A DNA stretch of 60,243 nucleotides, filler included, from Jimgerdemannia flammicorona (Eukaryota): the NCBI GenBank assembly GCA_003990765.1. It is 2 parts of 2 records of this genome, joined end to end, with 100 filler letters (N's around TTAATTAATTAA, not from the genome) between each part and the next. Parts side by side here need not be neighbours in the genome. Positions count along the whole stretch, not along the records: positions 30,174 to 60,243 come from RBNJ01000457.1; 1 more part is not named here. One strand, written 5' to 3'. The number at the start of each line of letters is the position of its first letter. Position 1 is the first letter of the stretch. Shown one piece after another: positions 39,272 to 51,600 of this stretch. Made by a program: the position numbers and the translations under genes. The notes beneath the pieces are model-generated. The model worked only from the letters and a program-made list of their open reading frames with translations. It had not been told where the DNA came from and ran no database searches.

Positions 39272-42200
39272 ATGGATATGAGACCATCAGTATTCCATAG
39301 ATATACCTCAGATGAATCAATCATCACCTTCATTGATGATTTTGAGCAGTATGCTGCTGTAAGGACTCTGACAGCAGCACAGCAAGTAGCCCTCATGCCC
39401 TTCAGCCTACAAGGCCCTGCTAGAGCAGCATTCACAGCTGTAACCCATGCAGGAAATGATGCCAATACCATACTGACAGCACAGAAGACCTGGCTCTGAA
39501 ATACATATTACACAGATGAGATCAAGCAAGCCCTGAAGGATTAGCTCAATACAACATGTCAAGGAATGAGCAAGGATCCAAACACATTCTATACCTGAAT
39601 TAGATATCAGATAATTCTTGCAGATTATGCTGCTGCTATCCAAGATCAAGTAGCCAAAGCAACTTTCATGAAAGAAGTCCATCCAGAAATAGCCATGGCC
39701 ATCTGCTCATCACCAGTGATTCTGGATCTGCCACAGAAGGTCACCTATGCTCAGCGATACTAGATAGCCAGATACCCACAAGACCATATAATGGAGAGAG
39801 TTACAGGAGTCAGAATCGAGGCACCCAAGGCAACCAGTATGATCCCCACCACAATGATCAATTGAAACACACCTCAGCCAAAAGCTACCGAGCAGCAAAA
39901 GAACAGTGACCCTATGGAGGAACTCGCCAAAAGGTTTGCTGAAATAACTGCCCACCTGGGAGATGTGGTAAAGGAAATCCGAGGAAGAGATCACCACCCT
40001 GTTCAGAAGTTTGCTGCCATCTCAGACAAGAAGAAAGGTACCTGCTATAGCTGTGGAGAAGAAGGCCACTACTCCTATGAATGTATGAGTGAAACCAAAC
40101 ACAAGGCTCAACCAAGCAATGCTACATGAAACAAGGAGCAGGCCAATACAATCACCTTTGAAGAAATCGGAGAATCCAATGAAGAGGAATGGGAGGCCTA
40201 TCCTGCTCAGACCACCAAGAAAGATGCTCGCAAAGAACCCTACAAGAGACTGCCAGGAAGACTGAAGAAGAACCCAGTGGAAAAGCAGATGGAAACTGAC
40301 ACAGAAAGCCAAGCTGAGGAGATGGACCAAGATACCGAGCTGGAGCAAGCAGTTCAAGAGGAACCACTCCAGCCAGTGAAGGAGAAAAAGAAAAGAAGCT
40401 TCGCAAGACCAAGACCTTCAAGTATGATATCTTCAAGGATCTCAGTCAATAAAAGGTCAATGCAACCTTTGGTCAGCTTACAGAAATCCCAACATTTAGA
40501 CAGCAAATGAGGTTTGGACTTGCCGAAACAACTAAGGAACAAGAATGGAAGATAACTGAGGTCAATAATATTCAAGAGGACTCAGGAGAAGAAAGTGAGG
40601 ACAATTGCAAAACCTCTGCTTATGCAACATGCCAAATCGAAGATAGAACCTTTGAAGCCATCATTGATACAGGAGCAGAAGGATGTCTTCTCAGTAAGAA
40701 GGCAGCAGACCACCTAGATTGGGATGTGGAAGAGACAACTAAGTTAGTATTCGTCACAGCTGATGGCACAAGAGCCACACCTCTGGGAAAGATCTGAGAT
40801 GTTCCCATCAAGATCGGAGGAGCAACAATCTCAGTAGATGTAATCATAACCAATGCCACCAACTATCACATCCTCATCGGCAATCAATGGCTTCACAAAG
40901 CCAAAGTGGTAATCGATCTCAATGCTCAGAAGATGCAGATCACCTACCGGGGACAAAAGATACGAATTTCCATCAATATCAACAAAGGAGTCCTGCCCGA
41001 TATAGAGGAAGAAGAGAGTGAGCAAGAGGAAGCTTATATGGTGACTACCCCAAAGAAGAAGAAAGTTGGATAGATGAGTGAAGAAGAATGGTGCAAAAAG
41101 ATCGCAGAAGGTTATGCCCCACAAGGAGTCTGTCCTCATGGAATCAAGATGTATTGTATGAAGTATGTCAATGATTGCTACCAGTGCACCATCAGAACCA
41201 GGAAGATCTATCAGGAAAGAAGGCAGAAAGCTCTCGAAAAACAGACCAGAGAAGAAGAGAAGGAGGAAGATGATGAACCACCAGCCCTCCTGGAGGACAG
41301 TGATGATGAAGAAGAAATCAAGGTCAAGATTCGAAAGATCCACCCTGATGCAGTCTTGCCAGAATACAAGTCAGAAAACACAGCTGAAATGGACATCACT
41401 ACAGTAGAAGAAACTGTACTAGAATTCCAGACAACTACCCTACTCACAACTAAACTAGAGATGACCATCCCAAAGGATCATGTCAGGATTCTCAAGACAA
41501 GAAGCAGCCTGGCTAGAAGTAAAATCACAATCGAAGGAGGAGTCATTGATTCAGACTATACTGGAGAAATTCTACTCATTGCTAGGAACCACAATCCTAC
41601 AATTCCATTTTCAGTCAAGAAGAAGGACCAATTGGCACAGATGTTGATCTTCCCAATCATACAGCCAAGGATCATAGAAGTCAAGAATCTGGAGGAAACG
41701 AAAAGAAGAAAGAAAGGATTCGGATCCATAGGAAGAGGAGTATTCGCCAGCACCAAGATCACTGAACTTGAGCATAAGAAGGAGGAAAACACAAGCAAGC
41801 ACAGTTACATCATTGGAGACGAATTTCCACTCAAGGAGAAACTCAAGAAAATACTCCACAAATTCGAGGATGTCCTTGCCACAGATTTCAAGGATATTAA
41901 GGGAAAGACCCCACACTACTATCATGAGGTAGATATCGGAGATACTGAACCAATTTATCAGAAGGCAAGACCTGTCCCGCCAGCCTACCAAGAATGGCTC
42001 AGAGAAGAAATCAAGCAAATGGAAGAAGCCGGCATCATCAAAGAAGCCAGCAGCCCCTGGTCTTCACCAGTTGTACTAGTTCCGAAAAAAAGAAGCAAAC
42101 CTGAAGAATTTACCCCAAGGCTCTGTGTCGACTATAGAAAGCTCAATGCAGTTACCAAGAAGGATTGCCAACCACTGCTGCTCATCAGTGACATCCTTAT

Positions 42201-43254
42201 AACACTGGGAGACAAAGCAGAGTACTACAGTACCTTGGACTTATACTCAGGATTTTACCAAATCAGACTCACAGAGATGGCAAGTGAAAAGTCAGCCTTC
42301 ATCACCCCAGACAGAACCTACATCTACTTATGAATACCATTCGGAATATGCAATGCACCAGCAAGCTTTCAGTGAATGATGAACAAAATCTTCTACTATA
42401 ACATGAGAAGATGGATGATGGTCTATGTCGATGATGTAATCATCTACAGCAAGACACCTGAGGAACATCTGCAGCACATATAGCAGATAATGGAGAGATT
42501 AAGACAATATGGCCTTTATATCAAACCCAAGAAGTGCAAGTTTGCAGAAATTGCGATCTCCTATCTTGGCCATATTATCAATCGAGATGGAACACACACA
42601 GACCCCCTCAAAATACAAGTGGTAGCAGCATACTCAAGGCCCACTACTATCACAGAAGCTCAAGCCTTCATGGGACTTGCCTCCTATTATTGCAGATTTA
42701 TTAGAGGATTCTCCAATATCGCAGGCCCAATCTACAAACTCATCAAGAAGGATACCAAGTTCCAGTGGACTGGCAGACAACAGAAAGCATTTGATGAACT
42801 CAAGGTCAGACTGATCCAGGTACCTATCCTCAGATGACCCAATTGGACCCAAGAATTTATCCTTCAGATAGATGCAAGTGCACAGAGACTAGGAGCAGTC
42901 CTAGCTCAAAAAGAAGACAAAAAGGAGTATGTCATTGCATATCTTAGCCACAGAACCCGAGGAGCTGAAAAAGAATATGAGTCCTACAAGTTGGAATGCC
43001 TTGCAGTCATCTGGGCTGTGGAAAAGTTCCACTACTACTTGGCTGGAAGACACTTCACCATTCAGATGGACCACTCAGCTCTCACCTGGCTACTGACAAC
43101 TGGACAACCCAAGGGAATCTATGCCAGATGGATAATGAAGTTACAAGCCTATTATGTAACCATCGTACACCGCCCTGGAAGAACAAATTTCAATGCAGAT
43201 GCTCTCTCACAGACACCTCAAACTACCTCTAACCAACAAATCAATTATGAATAA
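39272..43254 (+). pseudogene. Element D gag-pol (to RNase H), disrupted
   Basis: CYSCGEEGHYSYEC, AIIDTGA, GGVIDSDYTGEI, RLCVDYRKLN, VYVDD, DAS, DHSALTWL, NADALS. Confidence 0.93.
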
Positions 43255-44440
43255 AGAGCTCTACTATGGAATTATCATATACCTGGGACAGCGAAAGATG
43301 CCCCAACATCTGGAAGAATGGACACAAATAATTATCAACAGGACATGGAAACAATTTGAAACCGATGGAGAAATACTGAAGAAAGAAAAACTACTGGTCA
43401 TACCAGAATACAAGAAGGAGCAAGTGATGAAATCAGTACATGAACTTGGCCATCTAGGAGGAACGAATACATATGACAAGGCAAGAAGAACAATATGGTG
43501 GCCAGAGATGGAGGAAGATATCAGATAATTTGTCAAGATATGTGACAAATGCCAGAAACAGAAACAAGACCAATGGAATCAAGCCCTAGGATCAGCACAC
43601 ATAGAACCAGTACCATTTGCCCATATAGCAATGGATGTAATCGGCCCTCTACCCTTGACCCTAACTGGTAACTGATACATCATTGTCATTGTAGACCTTT
43701 TCACAAAGTGGATAGAAGTAGGACCCCTCAAGGAAGCCAATGCATAGTCAATCACCGATTTCTTCCACAAGGAAATCATCTGCTGGTTCAAGACCCCAAC
43801 ACAAGTAACTACAGATAGAGGAACAGAATTTGTGAACCAGCTCTTTGAGGTTCTCTACAAGAAGTACAAGATTCAGCACATTCGGACTATAGCCTATCAC
43901 CCCCAAGGAAATGGATAAGTAGAAAGGACCAACAAAACCCTTAAGAATGTTATCACCAAGATCTGTGATAACTATGAGAACTGGGATCACTATCTGCCAA
44001 TAGCATTATCTGCTCTCCGGGATATCTGATCACAAAGTACCCACTTTACACCTCGAGAAATGCTGTTCAGAGAAGAATATTCTCAAGGAACCCTATCATC
44101 TAATGGAGATGCTGTATGGAAATATGTGGACATGGAAATATGGAGACTACACCAAATCAGGAAGAAGGCCGAGGATTACATAACCAAGGCACAGACACTA
44201 CAATGGAGGAATGCAGAAAAGACCCACAAGCCCTTGGAGATTATCAAGATAGGAGACAAGGTCCTGGTATATCGGAACATGGTAGAAGCTTCATGGTCAC
44301 GAAAACTGGAGCCCAAGTGGGAAGGACCTTACCTTGTGCAAGATATAAAAGGGACCACCTTTTGGCTACAAAAACCCTCAGGCACAATAATCCCCACCAC
44401 CATTCACCAAAACCAACTCAAGAAATATCATGGCCAGTAA
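43247..44440 (+). pseudogene. Element D integrase (own ATG, +1 frame relative to RT-RH)
   Basis: HELGH…CDKC zinc finger, AMDVIGP, TDRGTEF, VERTN, KLEPKWEGPY. Confidence 0.9.
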
Positions 44441-44892
44441 CAAAAGTACTATGATGGCACTCAAGATCACTAGTGCTGCCCAAAGAGCCATCAAAAGACA
44501 ATGGCACACCACGGAGCCTCCAACCATAGAGGCATACTATGAGGATATTCAGAGTATTGTGCAGACTCATCTCTCTCAGATCTCACACTTTAGAGCCTAT
44601 CAATATTGGGCAGAATTCCAAGAGTACTTCAAGCTTGGACAAGTGCTCAATCAGGATCCAGCAAAGACCAAGGAAGACTGGATTGCTGAGTGTCAACTCT
44701 CCCACTCACAGATCACTATTGCCAAAAGGATCCACAAGTTATTCTGAGAAGATGAAGCAGCAATAGACCACCTGAGAGGAGTAACCCCCACTGACTTCGA
44801 GAAAGTGAAGAGACATCATTGGGAAACAGTCATATAGCAAATTGCACAGTACAAGACCATACAGACCTTTGAAGCCTGGGAGTTTGAATAGA
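44430..44892 (+). pseudogene. Element D accessory 3' ORF of unknown function
   Basis: ATG overlaps the integrase end. The frame continues past one TGA (AKRIHKLF*EDEAAIDHLRGVTPTDF). Confidence 0.6.
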
Positions 44893-45689
44893 TGCCTCAG
44901 GGATGAGACCATCTATTCAGGAGGAAGTTGTGATGGTACAGCCAAATTTGGAAGAAGGAAATAGGGAATAGACACTTGATCACACCCAGTCCCAAAGTAG
45001 TATAGTCTTATAGTTAGCAGTCCTTGATTTCGACATTGTCTAAATTCTTAGACATTGTCTAAATTTTAGACATTATCCAAATTGAATATCCCGATTTAGT
45101 ATAGTATTTAGACATTGTCCAAATATTTCGACAAAGTCCAAATAACTCATTTATTACTTAGCCACCTTCACATAGCTAGCAAACTTGTATAAATAACCCA
45201 GTATCTTAGAGTGAATAAACCTCAGATCAAAATAGTTCAAAGCAAAGAGATAGCAAAGGAACTAGAAACCCCCAAACAGAACAAGAAGGATCTAAAGAAG
45301 AAGAGGTCTCTGAACTTATTCTCTGGGATTATTCTTACTGGACACCATCTGAAGATAATGACCCCTAGAATATAAAAGAAGGACCCAGTATAATTCTCAT
45401 TATTCCAAAGCAAGAAACATATCAGAAAAGAGCCTTTCAGCTAGGAAGATGTCCTCACCAAATGGTCTTCCATTCTCCCCAAGACTACTGCTACTAGTAC
45501 CACCTCATGGATCAACAAGAAAGACAGAGATCTCAAAGATTAGAACTTCCAACCATGATTATACAGTTAACTACCTTTAAAGAAGTCACTACAAGATTAC
45601 AAAATCAATTTAGAGGATAAGATCTCTTTACCCAAATAGAAGTATATCTCTTGGCCACCCTTCTCCCAACTTATGACTAAGATAGATAC

Positions 45690-48600
45690 TGTAATAGTGA
45701 CCCAAGAATGATGATATCAGTACAAGAGACAGCCTTTCCTTGCAAGTCACTAGATCAAAGTACAAGAAGATCATATGATATGACTCACCCAGACTATAAG
45801 ATGAGTAATGATGACCAACTATGAGTCATTGGGACCATAATACAAACATCTTAATAAATATAAAAGAAGAATCAAGGAACCACAGTAGCAGCAACTCAAC
45901 AAGACCTACTAATCCCAAAATAGCTCAAAGACTTATTATAAATAAAATGCCTGCTGCTTGCAAAACCTCAAGGTCAAGGAACTACCAAGGTCTCTTAGTC
46001 TAGAAAAGGATGTTCCAGACATCAGAAGAGCTATAGGGACCTACACCACAAGGACTCCTAGTGTCAATCTGGGTACTGGTGACCCTTATCATTATATTCT
46101 CCACCAAAACAAGAATTACCTTTGCTACTAAATGCCTCCAGATATGGTAAGAATATGAAATAAAAAACCTCCTCTGCCAGGAATTCTCTCAAGCTAGTCC
46201 TCAAGAGCTACAAGATACCACTCCTATGGATATATATGAAATAAGGACAGCTAAGAAGATTCATCAGATCTTCAGACATGCACTATGGTCAATCTCCAAC
46301 TTGGAGTATACCAGAGTCTCAGACTTCAGAGATCTGTCAGCCCATTGTATCAATATACTAGAAGCCATAGTAGCTACAGAAGTCCAGTCCACTATCACCC
46401 TCAATAGTGATGAGGTAGAAGAGTTCTAGTATCTCATCCTCCAGGACAACTCAGATCAATTTCTGCAAGAATTGATCTTAGTATTCCAAGATCCAAGCAT
46501 CCAGGTTAGACCTTCCCAAGACCCCACATTTGTTCCTTATTTTGTGAAAGAGAACCTCATAGACTAGAGAGCTCCAGATCTTCTTACCACTACCGAATAT
46601 GATGATGTCATTGGTGATGATATCATCTCATACAATATTGAAATTCATAACCTATATAATGAGATAGATGAAATATTCACAGATCTCATCTTCTTCAGTG
46701 ATGATAAGGATGAAGCCCCCATGGTCCTGAACATCCTGCTTTAAAGTTCTAAGTGATACTGAATTCTTCCAGCATCCTTTTCCTGTACCACTGAAATTCT
46801 ACCAATACCCTGAACTTGTACAACCATTTATACCAATACTGGAATCTATACCAACAACTATAGTTTTCTGTGTTCCAGTATTTTATTGATTATTGGAATT
46901 TATATTTAGCTTTATATCTTAGTAACCATTAAATTATATTTTGTATAAATACCTCTCTTATTTCTTTTGAAATAAAGTCAGTTCCACTTAGTAAAATATA
47001 TACAATTCTTTATAAGCAATCTAAAGAAATAACAAGACAGTTTAAATATAAGAAGTTTGAGGACTATAAGACCTTGGGAAGATATTCCAATAAGAACTTA
47101 CTTATAACAAACTTGAGCTAGTCTAAGAGATATATCTTGAAGAGAATCTGATATATTTGAAGGACTCAGTAACTACTATGTGACAACTTAGTGCCCATTG
47201 GCTGGTGATTTAAGATGAATCCCTCACTTTCAAGCTGAAAAACAAACAACTACTACAACAACTACTCTGACTACAAGAGTCACCTCTACAAAAATTCAAG
47301 ATAAGATGGAAATATATCTCTTTACATTCTATAGATATACTATAGAAGAGTCAATTCTGACCTTTATTGAAGACTTTGAACAATTCACCACTATATGAGC
47401 CCTCAATGTGGATGTAAAATTGGCTCTTCTACCAGTCAGCCTCAGAGGACCTATCAGAGATAAGTTCAATGCAGCTACTATTACTGATGCTGGTGCAGCC
47501 AGACTTGCCAATATGAAGACCTTCCTTAGAACTACATACTATACTAAAGAGATCAAGCAAGCTCTCAAGGATTAACTCAACACTATCTATCAGAGACTCA
47601 GTGAAAATCCCAACTCATTCTATTCTCAAATCTGCAATCAGATTGTCTTGGCTGACTATGATGACTGCCTCAAGGAACAAATAGCAGATTCAACTTTCCT
47701 TAAAGAAGTTTATTCTGAAATTTTCCTAGCAATCTGGTCTACCCCAGCTACACTGACCCTTGATCAGAAAGTGGTCTTTACATAGAGATATTGGACTGCC
47801 AGACACTCTACTGAACACTCAATAGAGAAAATAACTAGTATCAAGATGAAGCCTTCAAAGCCAACTAGTATCATACCCACCATAGTTGTAAACAGACAAC
47901 TATTCCTACCTACCCCCAAGGCAGCCAAAGCTGACCCAGTGGAGGAATTCACCAAGCAGTTTACTGAGATGACTATAGAAGTCCAAAGTACCAATAAGAG
48001 ACCAGTATAGAGATTTGCAGTTACTATAGAAAAATGCAATATTATATGCTTCAGATATAGAGAAGAAGGCCACTATATAAAGAGTTGCATGACTGAAATA
48101 AGATATAAAGCCCAACTAAGTAATACTACCAGAATTAGAGAATAAACCAATACAGTAGTCATCAAGGAGATTGGCAATACTGATAATGAAGAATACTATA
48201 AAGAACCTGAATTCTACCCTGTTACTGAAGGTACTGAAATCCAGTCTAAGTCTTATGACAAGAAGAGCAACAGCAAGCCAGTTGGAAGACCAAATAAAAC
48301 CCCAGCTATCACTATTTAAAGCAAGACCCAACCTGAGGAGATTGATCAAGACATAGAGTTAGATAAAGCTGCCCTTGCCAAATTATTGAAGACACTACTC
48401 CAGTCTCAGGAGAAAGTGAAAGCAAGAAGGAACAGAAGCTGTGCAAGACCAAGATTCATCAGTATGATATCTATAATGATCTCAAGGAATAGAATATCAA
48501 TGCTACTTTTGGACAGCTAGCCAAAGTCCCTGCCTTCAGATAACAGTTAAGAGTAGGACTTACAACTACTACCAAGAATCAAGAGTATAAGATTATAGAA

Positions 48601-51600
48601 GCTCACAATGTACAAGAAGATGATCAAGAAGACTCAAGCAAAGAATCTGAAGACTAGTGCAAAACATCAGCCTATATTCCATATCAGATTGAAGATTGTA
48701 TCTTTGATACTATCATTGATATCAGTGCTGGAGGATACCTCATGAGCAAGAAGACAATTGACTGCCTAGGCTGGAACATTGAAGAGTCCACCAAGATGGT
48801 CTATATCACAGCAGATAGTATATGAGCCACCCTCTTCAGTAAAATCCAAGAAGTCTCCATTAAGATAAGAGAAGCTACCATCCTAGTAGATGTAATTATT
48901 ATAAGTGCCACTAACTATGACATCCTTATTGGCAACCAATGGCTTCATAAGGCCAAGGCTATCATTGACCTCAATGCTCAGAAGATGTAGATCAACTATA
49001 GAGGAAGAAGGATATAAGTCTCTATTAATGTCCATAAAGGAGTTCTACCAGATATAGAGAAAGGAGATAAAGAAGACACAGAAGTCTTCATGCACTCAGT
49101 AAATAAGAACAAAAATAAGAATAAGACACTCAAGCTCACAGATGAGCAGTGGTACAACAAGATCATCAATGGCTATGCCCCTCAAGGAAGATGCCCTCAT
49201 GGTACTAGAATATACTGCTCTGAACATCTGAATGACTGCTGGTCCTATATTAGTGAAGTCAGGAAAATCTACCAACAGAAGCATGAGTAAGAAGCTGCTG
49301 AAGCAAAAAGGAAAGCCAAAGAAGATGACCAGCCTCCAAAGCTTCAAGCTAATAGTGATGATGAGAAAGAACAAGAACCAGACATTACCCTCAAGGTCAA
49401 GAAGTTCACCCCAAAGCCAAGATCCCAGAATATAAGACTAAAGGAGCCATAGAAATGGATCTTGCCAGCATTTAAGATGCTACCCTTGAACCACAGACCA
49501 CCACTCTACTTGGCACTGGAATTGGAGTTAAGTTGTTAGAAAACCATATTAGAATTATCAAGACCAGGAGCAGTCTGGCCAAAAGTGAAATCTCAGTTAA
49601 AGGAGGAGTAATTGACCCTGATTATATTGATAAGATCTTCCTTATAATCAGAAATCACAACCCCACCACCCCATTCAAAATCAAAAACCTTAACAGGATT
49701 GGCCAAATCCTAATCTATGAAATCAAGAAGTCCAACATCACTGAAGCCATCAAACTCATCAAGACCAAGAGAAGAGAACAAGACTTTGGATCTACTGGAA
49801 GAGGAGCCTATACTGCTACCAAGATTACCAAACTAGAGCATAAGAAAAACAAGGACCAGAACAAGCACACATATATCATTGAAGAAAACTTTACTCTAGA
49901 AGAACAACTTCTCAAGATCCTGTACCAGAATGAAGGAGTACTTGCTACAGACTTCAGAGATATCCACAATCAAGAACCCAAGTACTACTATGAAGTTGAC
50001 ACTGGTGATACCAAGCCCATCTATCAGAAAGCCAGACCTATACTACCTGCCTATAGAGAATGACTGTAAGCAGAACTCAAGGAAATGAAAGAAGCCAGAA
50101 TCATCAAGCAAGCTATCAATCTCTAGACTTCACCCATTGTCCTTACCTCAAAGAAAGGAAGTAAGCCTGGAGAGTTTGTCCCAAGACTCTATATTGACTA
50201 CAAGAAGCTCAATGCAATTACCAAGAAGGATAGACAGCCCTTGCCAAATATTCAAAAAATCCTTACCACTCTTGAAAGCAAAGCCAAATACTACATCACC
50301 TTGGATCTATTCTCAGGCTTCCATCAGATTGGTCGCCAGTGAGAAATCAGCCTTCATCACACCTGATGCTACTTATATATATCTGCAAATACCATTTGGA
50401 ATGTACAATACCCCAGTAAGTTTTCAGCAAATGATGAATAGAGTCTTTAGCAATGAGATCAGAAAATGGCTCTTTGTCTATGTTGATGATGTGATCATCT
50501 TTAGCAACACTGTACAGGAATATATCAACCATATACAGCTAGCCCTTAAGAAGCTCAAGGAGTATGGCCTTTATATCAAGCCCAAGAAGTACAAGTTTGT
50601 AGCTCAGAAAATCACTTATCTAGGATACTTCATCAACCAGACTAGAATCTATACAGACTCTATAAAGATTGAGGCTGTTGTAGCTTACCCAAGATCCAGA
50701 ATAACCATAGAAGTCTATGCCTTTCTTGGGCTGACCTCCTACTACAGAAGATTCATCAAAGGATACTCTAATATTGCAGTATCTATCTATGAGCTACTGA
50801 AGAAGGAGACTAAATTCAAATAGACCAAGAAATACCAAGAAACCTTCAATGAACTCAAGACCAGGTTGACCCAAGCACCCATTCTCAGAAGACCAGATTA
50901 GAACCTAGAGTTCATCCTACAGACAGATGTAAGTACTATAGGACTTGGAGCAGTCCTAGCTTAGAAGAAAGATAGATATGAATACATCATCTCCTATATA
51001 AGCTGAGGTACCCATAGAGCAGAACAGAACTATGAGTCATACAAGCTTAAATGCTTAGCAGTAGTTTGGAAAGTAGATAAGTTCTACTACTACCTAGCCA
51101 GGAAATACTTCACTATTCAAACAGACCATTCTGCTCTTATCTGGCTATTCTATACTCTGAACCCTAAAGGAATATATACCAGATAGATCTGCTATAAGAG
51201 TATGACTGTACTGTCAAGTACTGCTTATGCCAATACTGATGCACTCTCAAGGATACCCCGAAACACTCCTATTAAGACTATTTAACATAAATAAAGAGTT
51301 ATACTATAGATTAATCAGCTACCTTAGATAGTGGAAGATGCCTAACCACTTGAACCCTGGATAATCACCATTATTAACTGGACTTGGAAATAGTTTGAAC
51401 TAGACAATACTATACTTAGAAAAGGAGGAAAGCTTATAATATCCAAATACAAGAAGTATCAAGTAATGAAGGAAGTATATGAACAAGAATACCTAGGAGG
51501 AATCAATATATATGATAAGGCAAGAAGAACCATGTAGTGGCCCAAGATAGAAGAAGACCTACACCAATTTGTCAAGAGTATAATAAGTAATAAAAACAGA

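Larger units (their letters stand above)
38682..45265 (+). mobile_element. Ty3/Gypsy element D: gag-PR-(Cys/His)-dUTPase-RT-RH, INT, 3' ORF
   Basis: 5' LTR 38682-39157 (TGTGA…TTACA), PBS TGGTGCCCATTGG at 39161, PPT, 3' LTR 44929-45265 (truncated). Confidence 0.95.
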
